NCBI GenBank assembly: GCA_017937655.1 | Contig: JAGBDE010000009.1 | Location: forward strand, 5,944-69,943 | DNA from: Clostridia bacterium | Lineage (GTDB): Bacteria > Bacillota > Clostridia > Christensenellales > Aristaeellaceae | Length of the DNA: 64,000 bases | Direction of reading: 5' to 3' | In this document: positions 21,088 through 29,841 of the stretch, piece after piece | How the letters are laid out: each line of letters starts with the position of its first letter | How positions within the stretch are numbered: position 1 is the stretch's first letter | Notes under the pieces: generated by a model | The model's database searches: none | What the model was told of the DNA's origin: nothing | Seen by the model: only the letters and a program-made list of their open reading frames with translations | Program-made: the position numbers and the translations under genes

Positions 21088-21532
21088 TTAACGGTTTATA
21101 TCAAGCAAAGATGGAATGTCCCCTTCGCCGTATACCTGGATTCCATGGGCTTTGAGCATCTCGGCAAAAACGCCGTCCCCCGGTTTCAGGCCGCCGGAAA
21201 AGCTGCCGTCGTAGATCAGCCCGCTGCCGCAGGACGGGCTGCGTTCCTTGAGCAATGCGCCGTCGCAGTGAAGCAATCGGCCGATGCGCAGGGCTTCCTC
21301 GGCCCCCTTCACAAAGTGGTAAGTCACGTCTGCGCCTTCCCGGCTCATGACCCTGTCCCCCACCCGCTCGCTGGGGATGCGGGGCGTGGGCATGCCGCCC
21401 AGCTGCTCCGGACAGACGGGGATCAGCTCGAACTTTTCAGCCAGTTCCTCCATGCCCGGCTGCAGCTTGCTTTTGCCGTCGTAGCGGCAGCAAACCCCCA
21501 GCAGGCATGCGCTGACCAGAAGCTTTTTCAAA
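21088..21532 (-). CDS. DUF523 family protein (YbbK/TudS-like Cys-rich protein)
   Basis: LKKLLVSACLLGVCCRYDGKSK and SPSCGS are DUF523 hallmarks. The TTG start at 21532 has GGGAAGGGGG upstream. The longer track ORF would run through the T-box terminator. Confidence 0.7.
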
Positions 21533-21547
21533 GCGTCGCCCCCTTCC

Positions 21548-21812
21548 CAACAAAAAACGCCTTCCATCCCCATGGGACGAAGGCGTGAAAGCCGCGTGTT
21601 ACCACCCAAATTCCGCACGGACGACCACTTTCGTCGATGCGCTCAATGCCGATAACGGAGCTGACCCGTTTCCTCTTACTGCACCAAAGGGTGGTTCGGG
21701 GGAAAGGCTCGGAAGGGAATTTCCCGCATCCTGTCCAGACGGCTTTCAGCAAGGATCACTCCTGCCGTCCTCTCTTTTGACGGATGTTGACCGGGCATTG
21801 GTCTTCCTCATC
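21548..21812 (-). promoter_or_regulatory. T-box leader (tRNA-sensing riboswitch), probable Phe specifier, with intrinsic terminator
   Basis: The minus strand carries the GA/K-turn halves GCGAUGAGG and CCGAGCC, the AGAGA box (AAAAGAGAGG), the AG bulge AGGAGUGA, and a UUC triplet in GGGAAAUUCCC within the predicted specifier loop. The T-box sequence is AAUUUGGGUGGUAACACGCGG (21592..21612). It is followed by the terminator CGCCUUC..GGAAGGCG plus UUUUUU (21552..21586). Confidence 0.8.
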
Positions 21813-21817
21813 GCCAT

Positions 21818-21847
21818 AACAGAAGGTATTATAGCACGAAGAGCGGA
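21818..21847 (-). promoter_or_regulatory. Promoter of the T-box leader (TTGCCA-18-TGcTATAAT)
   Basis: Reverse complement of 21842..21847 is TTGCCA. Reverse complement of 21818..21826 is TGCTATAAT (extended -10). Confidence 0.6.
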
Positions 21848-21865
21848 AAAATGGCAAGGAAAAGT

Positions 21866-22741
21866 TTATTCCTCCCGGACCTTGGCGGGCCATTGGCTCA
21901 CGATGGCAGAGCCCAGGATCAGCGCCGTGCCGACCAGCCCCAGCCAGTCCATCCGCTCGCCCAGCAGCAGGGCGGACAGGATCAGCGAAGCCGCCGGGTC
22001 GATGTAGCTGCACACAGCGGCGGTCTGGGCAGATACCTTCTCCACGCTGCTGAAATACATCAGGTACGCCACGCCGGTGTGCACCACGCCCACCAGCAGC
22101 AGCATGCCAAGGGTCAGGCCGGTCATGGAAAGGTCGGCCAGGTTTTCCGTCAGCAGCACGTAGGGCAAAAGGGTGACCGTGGAAACGCCCAGCTGCACCA
22201 GGGTTCTGTCCAGGCCGCTGATGCCGTGGATGCGCTTGTTGATCAGCAGCACGGAGGCGTACATGGCGGCGGCCGCCAGGCCGAACAGGATGCCCTTCAG
22301 GCCGGTCACGCCGCCTTCCAGCACGCCGGAGATGAGCACCATGCCCAGAATGGCCAGCAGCACACAGACGCCGCTTTTCAGGGTCAGCTTTTCCTTGAAC
22401 AGCAGCGGCGACGCCAGCACGATGATCACCGGGGCCATGTAATAGCTCAAAGTGGCCACGGAAACGGTGGTGTAGTTGTAGGCCTCAAACAGGGCGATCC
22501 AGTTAAAGCCCAGCAGCAGGCCGGAGGGAATGAGCAGATACCACTGCCTGCCGATGGCCTTCCAGTCCGGCTTTTTCCGGGCGATGAGCATGAACACCGC
22601 CAAAATCAGGGTACCAATGGCAGCCCGGGCCAGGGCCACCACGCCGGAGGGCAGGGGGATCCACCGGCGGAAAATGCCGATGGTGCCAAAAATCAGCATG
22701 GAGCCGATGATGCTCCATTTTGCTGCCGTCGATTCCTTCAT
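21866..22741 (-). CDS. EamA/DMT family transporter
   Basis: 10-TM duplicated EamA pattern. The ATG at 22741 has AGGTGA 5 nt upstream. The track TTG at 22762 is an alternative start. Confidence 0.8.
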   Translation of the reverse strand: MKESTAAKWSIIGSMLIFGTIGIFRRWIPLPSGVVALARAAIGTLILAVFMLIARKKPDWKAIGRQWYLLIPSGLLLGFNWIALFEAYNYTTVSVATLSYYMAPVIIVLASPLLFKEKLTLKSGVCVLLAILGMVLISGVLEGGVTGLKGILFGLAAAAMYASVLLINKRIHGISGLDRTLVQLGVSTVTLLPYVLLTENLADLSMTGLTLGMLLLVGVVHTGVAYLMYFSSVEKVSAQTAAVCSYIDPAASLILSALLLGERMDWLGLVGTALILGSAIVSQWPAKVREE

Positions 22742-22845
22742 GGGTTTCACCTGCTTTTGCAAAAATCCCTATCAGCATAACAGGCAGGGCGGGAGATGGC
22801 AATGGAATTCCCAAAAAAGTGTGAAGAAAAAACAGCGTTTCGCCC

Positions 22846-22874
22846 TTGACGCAGGGCAGAGCGAATGCTACACT
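22846..22874 (+). promoter_or_regulatory. Strong candidate promoter TTGACG-17-TGcTACACT
   Basis: TTGACG at 22846..22851, a 17-nt spacer, and an extended -10 TGC-TACACT at 22866..22874. Confidence 0.55.
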
Positions 22875-22902
22875 ATTCCCATCAAAAAAGGAGGTGAATG
22901 GT

Positions 22903-22959
22903 ATGTTTGTCAACAAAACCCGGATGGAAGCAATCTGCCGTTCACCTAAGGCTGCATAA
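22903..22959 (+). CDS. 18-codon leader-peptide-like ORF (MFVNKTRMEAICRSPKAA)
   Basis: AAAGGAGGTG lies 8 nt before the ATG at 22903. It has its own promoter upstream and a terminator hairpin 30 nt downstream. Too short for the ORF track. Translation is unproven. Confidence 0.35.
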   Translation: MFVNKTRMEAICRSPKAA

Positions 22960-22990
22960 GGCAGCGCATCCTTTTGTCAGGCAGAAATCC

Positions 22991-23022
22991 AGCATGCTTT
23001 CCACCGGAAGCATGCTTTTTTT
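22991..23022 (+). terminator. Terminator/attenuator hairpin between the leader ORF and the GNAT gene
   Basis: AGCATGCTTTCC-ACC-GGAAGCATGCT followed by TTTTTTT. The GNAT RBS (AAAGGAGAA) begins 10 nt later. Confidence 0.65.
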
Positions 23023-23046
23023 GCTGCCCAGAAAAGGAGAATTCAT

Positions 23047-23502
23047 ATGAAATACACCAATCTACTGATCCGGGATTATTCTGACCCCGCCTTTCAAAAA
23101 GCGTTTCGTCAATACTTTCAGGAGCTGGGCGTGTCGGTTTCCAATTGGGACGGCCTATTTGCTCAAATGACAGATGACGGCTGTGCCTGCTTCATTCGCC
23201 GGGATGAAGCAGACCGCATTATCGGTTTTATTCAGTTCAGCAAACTGAGTATGACCAGTTGGTTCTTCGAGGACCGTTGTGGCTTTGTGCAGGAATTCTG
23301 GATTGCTCCGGAATACCGCCGTCAAGGTCACGGCGCGGCGTTGCTTGCGCAGACCGAGGAATGGTTCCGACGGCAGGGCATCTGCCGGATGATTCTCACT
23401 ACGGATACCGCAGAAAAATTCTACTTGCGACATGGTTATCGCCGGGACATCAGCATAGTTGCCAAAAACAGGGCTCCGGTTTTTGTAAAAGAAATGGAAT
23501 AA
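23047..23502 (+). CDS. GNAT family N-acetyltransferase
   Basis: EFWIAPEYRRQGHGAALLAQTEEWFRRQG (R/QxxGxG/A motif A) and FYLRHGY. Confidence 0.8.
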   Translation: MKYTNLLIRDYSDPAFQKAFRQYFQELGVSVSNWDGLFAQMTDDGCACFIRRDEADRIIGFIQFSKLSMTSWFFEDRCGFVQEFWIAPEYRRQGHGAALLAQTEEWFRRQGICRMILTTDTAEKFYLRHGYRRDISIVAKNRAPVFVKEME

Positions 23503-23589
23503 ACAAAACAGCAGGAAACCCGCGCGGCTTCCTGCTATTCTTATGAAAAAGCCTGACAGACACTTACATCTGTCAGGCCATGGAATGCA

Positions 23590-24336
23590 TTATTCCTCTT
23601 CTTCCTCTTCGGGCAGGTCGGCGTTGTGCCACACGTTCTGCACGTCATCGTTGTCCTCCAGCAGCTCCAGCATCTTCTGGATCTTGGTGAGGGTCTCCTC
23701 GTCGGCGGGGGTGACGGTGTTCTGGGGCACCATCTGCACTTCGGCGCTCAGGAAGCTGATGCCCTGGCCCTCCAGCGCTTCACGCACGGTGGAGAAATCG
23801 GCGGGATCGGTGTAGACTTCGAAGGCATCGTCCTCGGTGGACATGTCTTCGGCGCCGGCGTCCAGCACGGTCATCATCATCTCGTCCTCGTCCATGTCGG
23901 CGGTACGTTCAATGACCAGAACGCCCTTCTTGTCGAACATGAAGCCCACGCTACCGGTCACGCCCAGGGAGCCGTCGTACTTGGCGAAGCAATGGCGCAC
24001 GTCGCTGGCGGTACGGTTGCGGTTGTCGGTAATGGTCTCCACGATCACGGCAACGCCGCCGGGGGCATAGCCTTCGTAGGTGATGGTTTCGTAATCCACG
24101 TTGCCCAGTTCACCGGCAGCCTTCTTGATGGAACGCTGGATGTTATCGTTGGGCATGTTGTTGCTCTTGGCCTTGGCGATGACGTCCCGCAGCTTGGAGT
24201 TGCTTTCGGGGTTGGAGCCGCCTTCGCGCACTGCGATGGCAATTTCACGGCCGATCTTGGTGAAGATCTTGCCGCGCAGGGCGTCGGTCTTGCCCTTCTT
24301 TGCTGCGATATTGTGCCATTTGCTATGTCCGGACAT
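23590..24336 (-). CDS. yebC: YebC/PmpR family DNA-binding transcriptional regulator
   Basis: [32 protein letters not shown] is the canonical YebC N-terminus. Acidic C-terminal tail. Confidence 0.93.
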   Translation of the reverse strand: MSGHSKWHNIAAKKGKTDALRGKIFTKIGREIAIAVREGGSNPESNSKLRDVIAKAKSNNMPNDNIQRSIKKAAGELGNVDYETITYEGYAPGGVAVIVETITDNRNRTASDVRHCFAKYDGSLGVTGSVGFMFDKKGVLVIERTADMDEDEMMMTVLDAGAEDMSTEDDAFEVYTDPADFSTVREALEGQGISFLSAEVQMVPQNTVTPADEETLTKIQKMLELLEDNDDVQNVWHNADLPEEEEEE

Positions 24337-24396
24337 GGTATCAGCCTTTCTTTATGTTCTGATAAACAGAAACGTGATGATGGTTTTTGACAAATT

Positions 24397-24425
24397 ATTA
24401 TAGCATAGGTTTTCCGGCCGGTCAA
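24397..24425 (-). promoter_or_regulatory. yebC promoter TTGACC-17-TGcTATAAT
   Basis: Reverse complement of 24420..24425 is TTGACC. Reverse complement of 24397..24405 is TGCTATAAT. Confidence 0.6.
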
Positions 24426-24435
24426 ACAGGTTTTT

Positions 24436-25641
24436 TCATTCCGGGGCCCGCATGCCCGCCAGGTCGAAAATCAGGATGGGATATTCAAAAAACGTTGCAG
24501 AGGAATAGCTTCCCTGCCAGCCCATCTCCCGAAGCCAGGCACGGAGCTGGCCCGTGGCGGCGGATCTTTCTGCATTCCGCTCCTCCACGGTGGGGAAAAT
24601 CAGCACCACCCGCGGGTTGTCCATGGCGCGAAGCCCCGCAAGCTGGGCCTGCATCTCGTCCCGCCAGTCCCCCTCCACCCGGGAGTTGGGCAGCTTGCGG
24701 CTGATGAAGCTGTCCTCCAGGGAATGGAAGGAGGGCAGCGTCCAGCCCGCATAAGCGGCGTAGTCCACCTCGTGGGAGGGGCTCAGCTCGGCCTCGTTCA
24801 GGTTCATGTACAGCATGTATTCCCGGCGGTAGTCGGAAATCTCCTGGCCTTCCATGGGCAGGGGATCGTCCCAGGTCAGGTCGGCAAAATACCAGTTTCC
24901 GCCGATCTGCACCGCGTTCCAGGCGTGGCTGTTCTCCTGGGTGCGCTCCCTGGGCAAAGCGGGGTCGGTGTCCAGGTAGGCGTAGCCGGAAACGGAGAAG
25001 CAGGGGATGCCCGCCATCCGGCAGGCCAGCATCATGGAAGCGGCATAGCCCGCGCACACGGATCGGCCGTCCACAAACACCGCGTCCGCTTCCTGCTTTT
25101 CCACCTGTAGGGCATCGTATTCCGTGGAAACGATGATGCTGCGGTAAAGGAACAGCTCCCGCTCAAAGTCGTCCTCCAGGGGAGTGACGTACTCCATCAG
25201 ATGGTTCAGCTTATTTCGGACAACGTCCCAGCGCCACCGGCCCTCATCAGCGCTGTAGTTGTAGTTGGGGGTGAACAACCCAGCCTTGCCATTGGAGGGG
25301 GTATAGTCGTACCAGCACATCTTGTACTGGATCAACTCCGGGCAGTCCTCCTGCAGCACGAAGCCCACCCGATCCATTTCCTGCACGGTGAACTGGTTCC
25401 GGGGCAGGCGGACATTGGGCTGATATTCCTCGATGGCGGTGTACAGGATGGCAAACAGCTGCTTTTCGTGGTCGGTGAGCTGGTTCCAGAAATAACGGGT
25501 CTCCGCGGGGTACATGCGGAACAAATCCGAATCCGGCTCCGTGGGCAATTCCTGAGCGTCCGCCAAGGACGGAAGCAGCATCAGGGCCAGCAGGAATGCC
25601 AGGCAGCGCTGCCAAAGGTGTTTTTTACGAAAATGGTACAC
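24436..25641 (-). CDS. Secreted transglutaminase-like cysteine protease-fold protein
   Basis: Signal peptide LAFLLALMLLPSLADA. The Cys-His-Asp core reads RSVCAGYAASMML ... NSHAWNAVQIGGNWYFADLTWDD. Confidence 0.7.
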   Translation of the reverse strand: MYHFRKKHLWQRCLAFLLALMLLPSLADAQELPTEPDSDLFRMYPAETRYFWNQLTDHEKQLFAILYTAIEEYQPNVRLPRNQFTVQEMDRVGFVLQEDCPELIQYKMCWYDYTPSNGKAGLFTPNYNYSADEGRWRWDVVRNKLNHLMEYVTPLEDDFERELFLYRSIIVSTEYDALQVEKQEADAVFVDGRSVCAGYAASMMLACRMAGIPCFSVSGYAYLDTDPALPRERTQENSHAWNAVQIGGNWYFADLTWDDPLPMEGQEISDYRREYMLYMNLNEAELSPSHEVDYAAYAGWTLPSFHSLEDSFISRKLPNSRVEGDWRDEMQAQLAGLRAMDNPRVVLIFPTVEERNAERSAATGQLRAWLREMGWQGSYSSATFFEYPILIFDLAGMRAPE

Positions 25642-25667
25642 GGTTTCCTCCTGGTCAGAAAGGTGTA

Positions 25668-27275
25668 TCAGGGATTCTGCGTTTCAGGTTCCGCCACGAT
25701 CACGGAGGTAGGGCCGTCCGCCCCGCCGATGATGCCGATGGAGCTTGCCTCCAGATCTACGTCCTTGAGCTGGGGCATGATCAGCGGCAGCAGATTGCTG
25801 ACGGCGGTCTGCATCAAAGCCGTGCGGTCGGCTTCCGGCATATCGTCCAGGTTGACGATTTCCTTGGGAAGCTCCGCAGGGGTCCACTTGACCCGGGTCT
25901 TGCCCTGGAAGTTGAGGACGGTCTTGGTTTCCGCGTCCTCGCCGTAGAAAGCCAGGCTGGCGGTGATCTGGGTGGCGGCCTTATCCGGCGGCTTGGAGGA
26001 GAACTCGGCGGCCAGTTCGATGGTCAGGGGCTCGAAATCCTGCAGATTCTCAATGCCGCTTTCCTGGTCGGGGGCCAGGTTCAGCTGATAGTTCAGGTTC
26101 TGGATCAGGTAGCCCTCGTCGTTCTTGGAGTTGGTTTCCTCCACCCGGAGCACAAAGGCCACGGCCAGCGGCGCGGCGGCGTTTTCCGCATTTTCTGCGG
26201 GCAGGCTGCTCAGGGTGCCCTGCATCACGCTGACGTCCGTCAGGGAGCTGTACTCCATGTATTCCAGGGACACGGTGCGGTTCTCCGTCTCAATGGCGAT
26301 CTGGTTCAGCGGCTGCTGATCCTCGCCCAGTTCCCGGTAGTAGGTCAGCACGCAGTCGCCCATGACAGGGTCGTGGTAGGGCAGGCTGAGGCTCAGGTTC
26401 AGGGTATCGCCGGTGAAGGCCACGGTGCGGTCGATGGTCAGGTTCTCCTGGAGAGGCAGCTCGTCCACCGCGCCCAGATAGTAGGGCTGCCAGGAGGGAT
26501 TCAGGTACACGGCGGCAATTTCCTCGCCGTAGAACTGGGTCAGTTTGTCCACCACAGCGGCATCGCCCAGCAGATCGACGATCATCTGCTTCAGCTGGGC
26601 CTTCACATTGGAGGGACTGATGCTGTAAGAAAACTGAATGATGCCGGTGCCGTCGTCCAGCTTACCGATGTCCGCCTTGGTGCGATGGCCTTCCAGCCAG
26701 ATGTCCACCTTGGTCAGGTAACGGTCCAGCAGCAAAGGCATGTTATCGTCCGCAGGGGCGAAGCTGCTCATCACCACAGGAAGGAAGCGCAGCATACCCG
26801 CAGGCAAGCCCAGGCTCTGGGCCAGGGCGTCGCCGGACTGGACAAGGCCGCCCTCCAGCTGGCCCACTTCCGCGTTCACGCCGCTGACCACCGCCGGAGC
26901 GGCAGAAAGCTCATACCAGCTGTCTCCGCAGAGGCTGGACTGGAAGCGCAGCAGCTGATCCTTGTACTGCAGGTAGGTGGTGGCGGCCACGTTGTCGCCG
27001 TCCTTCAGGATCAGGCTGGCCCGATGTTCCTCCTCCACCAGCCCGTGGGCCAGCACATGGATGTAGTCCCATTCAAAGGGGATGGACATGAGGACGGAAT
27101 CGTCCGCAAGGCTGCGGGTTTCCAGCTGCATGGTGCCGCTGAAGCCGCTGCCGTCGCTGACCTGCATGTACAGCTTTTCCGCCACGGTCAGGTCGTAGGA
27201 CAGATTGAGCTCTCCGGCGCAGGCGCAGGAAAGAAGCATCATCAGGCCCAGCACAAGACAAAGGAAACGTTTCAT
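25668..27275 (-). CDS. Hypothetical secreted protein/lipoprotein (paralog-like to 27316..28869)
   Basis: MKRFLCLVLGLMMLLSCACAG signal/lipobox. 535 aa with no known motif. The C-terminal EIVNLDDMPEADRTALMQTAVSNLLPLIMP resembles VLVNLDTQTADERAALEDEMFQYAAGYLLKVLP of the upstream protein. Confidence 0.6.
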   Translation of the reverse strand: MKRFLCLVLGLMMLLSCACAGELNLSYDLTVAEKLYMQVSDGSGFSGTMQLETRSLADDSVLMSIPFEWDYIHVLAHGLVEEEHRASLILKDGDNVAATTYLQYKDQLLRFQSSLCGDSWYELSAAPAVVSGVNAEVGQLEGGLVQSGDALAQSLGLPAGMLRFLPVVMSSFAPADDNMPLLLDRYLTKVDIWLEGHRTKADIGKLDDGTGIIQFSYSISPSNVKAQLKQMIVDLLGDAAVVDKLTQFYGEEIAAVYLNPSWQPYYLGAVDELPLQENLTIDRTVAFTGDTLNLSLSLPYHDPVMGDCVLTYYRELGEDQQPLNQIAIETENRTVSLEYMEYSSLTDVSVMQGTLSSLPAENAENAAAPLAVAFVLRVEETNSKNDEGYLIQNLNYQLNLAPDQESGIENLQDFEPLTIELAAEFSSKPPDKAATQITASLAFYGEDAETKTVLNFQGKTRVKWTPAELPKEIVNLDDMPEADRTALMQTAVSNLLPLIMPQLKDVDLEASSIGIIGGADGPTSVIVAEPETQNP

Positions 27276-27315
27276 GAAGGATTTCCCTCCCTTTGGGTAA
27301 ATTGGCGGGGCCGGC

Positions 27316-28869
27316 TCAGTCCGGGTATTCCGCCTGGTTCACATATACGTCGTAATCTTCCTCGGACAGGTTATCCCGAAGGAGGCCGGTGTCCTCCTCC
27401 TGGATGAAGGGCAGCACCTTCAGCAGGTAGCCAGCCGCGTACTGGAACATTTCGTCCTCCAGGGCAGCCCGCTCGTCTGCGGTCTGGGTGTCCAGGTTGA
27501 CCAGCACCGGGTCGGCAGGGGGAGCGTACATGGTCACGCCCAGCGGCGGCGATCCCACCAGAAAATCCGATACATTGCCCTGGTTCTGGCTCAGGCTGCC
27601 GCCCTGAATGGTGAGGATGACGTCGGTCTCGCCGCTTGGTTCCTCCTCCCGGGCAATTTCCTGGACGAGGGGATCAGCCCCCAGGGTGATGGTAAAAACG
27701 GTCTGGGGCTTTTTGCTGCGGGTGACGGTGCAGCCGATGCTTCCCGTCAGCACGGAGCCGTTTTCGCCGGGGATCAGGGTCAGCTGCGGGGTGTATTCCG
27801 TCACGAAGGTGAGGGTGGTCTCGCCGTTGTCCGTGCGGTCCGTGGCGGTGATGGTTCCGCCGAGGGTGGGCTGATCGCCCAGGGAGCCGGTCAGCTCTTC
27901 CTTCTGCTGATAGGTGTAGTTCACGCCCGGCACCTTGCGCTCCATTTCCAGCTTGCCGCTGTAGGTGAGCTTGTCCCCCTCCAGGGTGACCAGCTGCAGG
28001 CATTCCGCCAGGTACTTGTTGGCCTTGCCCTTGCCCTTGAGCAGCTCCAGCTTGAAGCTGTCCTTGCGGCTGCCGTTTTCCTCCCGGGTGAAGGCCCAGA
28101 CATAGGTCAAGGTGCGGTTGTCATTTTCCGCAAAATTGGCGTTGCCCTTCATGTACAGGGCGATGGGCTGCCCGCCCTCCTCGGTGAAGTACAGGGCCAC
28201 GGTGAGGCCGTTTTTGAAATTGGCGGCCTGCAAATCAGCCACGATGGCCTGATCCATACCGGTGGTGAGCAAGGGCATGATCAGGGGCATCAGCTGGACG
28301 GTAGTATCCGCATCCAGCTTGGCCAGGCGCACCCAGTTGGCCCGGCCCACGTAGCTGATTTTGTAATTGGCTTCCTTTTCCTCCGCATAGGGGACGATGG
28401 CTTCCCCCAGCTGCTGGTAACCAGCCTCGGCTGCCTCCACGCTTTTCTGCATGTCAAAGCCGAAAAGCTGGGAACTTTCCTCCGGGAAAAGGGTTTCGAT
28501 GGGGCTGTTTTCAGAGGTCAAAATCCGGTTGGGAAGGAGGTCGGTGGTCAGCTTCCAGCCGTCATCGTCCAGGGTTTCCTGCATGGAAAACTGGGGCTGG
28601 CCGTCCACGCACATGCTAAGGCGCATATCCATGCCATCCACCACCGCGTCCAGGGTGGTGTGCCGCAGGATGCCGTTCATCATGTCCACGGTCTCCTGGC
28701 CGTAGGGATTCAGCTGCTCCAGCTCAAAGCCCACGGACATCCGCACGCTTCCCTCTGCACCAAAATACCGGCTGAGCAGCTGGTTCAGGCCGCCCACGTC
28801 CGCCGACGCGCTCAGCGGCAGGCAAAGCGCCAGCACCGCCGCCAAAAGCCTCCATCCAAATTTCTTCAT
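27316..28869 (-). CDS. Hypothetical secreted protein
   Basis: MKKFGWRLLAAVLALCLPLSASA signal peptide. The ATG at 28869 overlaps the dus stop (ATGA) and GAGGAGGAAG lies upstream. Confidence 0.6.
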   Translation of the reverse strand: MKKFGWRLLAAVLALCLPLSASADVGGLNQLLSRYFGAEGSVRMSVGFELEQLNPYGQETVDMMNGILRHTTLDAVVDGMDMRLSMCVDGQPQFSMQETLDDDGWKLTTDLLPNRILTSENSPIETLFPEESSQLFGFDMQKSVEAAEAGYQQLGEAIVPYAEEKEANYKISYVGRANWVRLAKLDADTTVQLMPLIMPLLTTGMDQAIVADLQAANFKNGLTVALYFTEEGGQPIALYMKGNANFAENDNRTLTYVWAFTREENGSRKDSFKLELLKGKGKANKYLAECLQLVTLEGDKLTYSGKLEMERKVPGVNYTYQQKEELTGSLGDQPTLGGTITATDRTDNGETTLTFVTEYTPQLTLIPGENGSVLTGSIGCTVTRSKKPQTVFTITLGADPLVQEIAREEEPSGETDVILTIQGGSLSQNQGNVSDFLVGSPPLGVTMYAPPADPVLVNLDTQTADERAALEDEMFQYAAGYLLKVLPFIQEEDTGLLRDNLSEEDYDVYVNQAEYPD

Positions 28870-29837
28870 GCTTCCTCCTCGGCGCAATCCTCCAGGGGCA
28901 AACTGGCAAGAAGATCACGCAGTTCCTGATAGGTTTTGAGGGTGTTCATCTCCCGGCGCAGGGCGGTGGCACCCCGCATGCCGGCAAAATAGTGGCCCAG
29001 GTGCTTGCGCATTTCCAATACGCCCTGGGATTCGCCCTTATATTCCACCATCCATTCCAGGTGGGTAAGGGCGGTTTTGAGCCGCTCCGCCCGGGTGGGT
29101 TCCTCGGTAGGCCGGCCCTCCAGAGCCTGCCGCGCCGTGCGGAACAGCCAGGGGTTGCCCATGGCTCCCCGGCCGATCATCAGCCCGGCCGCGCCCGTCA
29201 CCTGGAGGATCCGCTTTGCGTCCTCCGGCTGGAACACGTCGCCGTTGGCGATGACAGGAATGCTGAGCTGGCTGCGCAGCCGGGCGATGGCCTCATAGTC
29301 GGCGGTGCCGGAGTACTGCTGCTCCCGGGTACGGCCGTGGAAGCAGATCCATTCAAGGCCCAGGGTCTGGGCGGCTTTGCCCAGTTCAATAGCGTTCATG
29401 GAGTTTTCGTCGTAGCCCAGGCGGGTCTTGACGGTGACCGGCAGATTCGTGTTGTTTTTGACCGCCTCCATGACCTTGTAGGCCAGCTCCGGGGTCAGCA
29501 GCATGGCGCTGCCCTCGCCAATGGAGGTCACCTTCCGGGCCGGGCAGCCCATGTTGATGTCCAGCGAGGTGAACCGGCCCAGTTCCGTCAGCCGATGAGC
29601 GGCCTCGCCCATGATGACGGGATCCTTGCCGAAGAGCTGGGCGGCGGTGTTGGTCTCCTCCGGGTGGACGCGCAGAAGCTGCTGGTACACCCGGTTGCCG
29701 GGTTTGGCGCACATGTAGCCAATAGCGGAGACCATCTCCGTACAGGCGTAATCCGCGCCCATGCGGTAGCACAGCACCCGAAGGGGCCAGTCCGTGATGC
29801 CCGCCATGGGCGCCAAAGATAAAACGGGAATGTTCAT
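28866..29837 (-). CDS. dus: tRNA-dihydrouridine synthase (DusB-like)
   Basis: LAPMAGITDWPLR, DINMGCPARKV and FHGRTREQQYSG motifs of Dus flavoenzymes. Confidence 0.9.
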   Translation of the reverse strand: MNIPVLSLAPMAGITDWPLRVLCYRMGADYACTEMVSAIGYMCAKPGNRVYQQLLRVHPEETNTAAQLFGKDPVIMGEAAHRLTELGRFTSLDINMGCPARKVTSIGEGSAMLLTPELAYKVMEAVKNNTNLPVTVKTRLGYDENSMNAIELGKAAQTLGLEWICFHGRTREQQYSGTADYEAIARLRSQLSIPVIANGDVFQPEDAKRILQVTGAAGLMIGRGAMGNPWLFRTARQALEGRPTEEPTRAERLKTALTHLEWMVEYKGESQGVLEMRKHLGHYFAGMRGATALRREMNTLKTYQELRDLLASLPLEDCAEEEA

Positions 29838-29841
29838 CCTT

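Noticed and set aside
22898-23048. Alternative 50-codon ORF starting at the ATG at 22898 and running into the GNAT start
   Set aside because: That ATG directly abuts the Shine-Dalgarno sequence with no spacer. The ORF would also read straight through the terminator hairpin. The 18-codon frame has ideal spacing.
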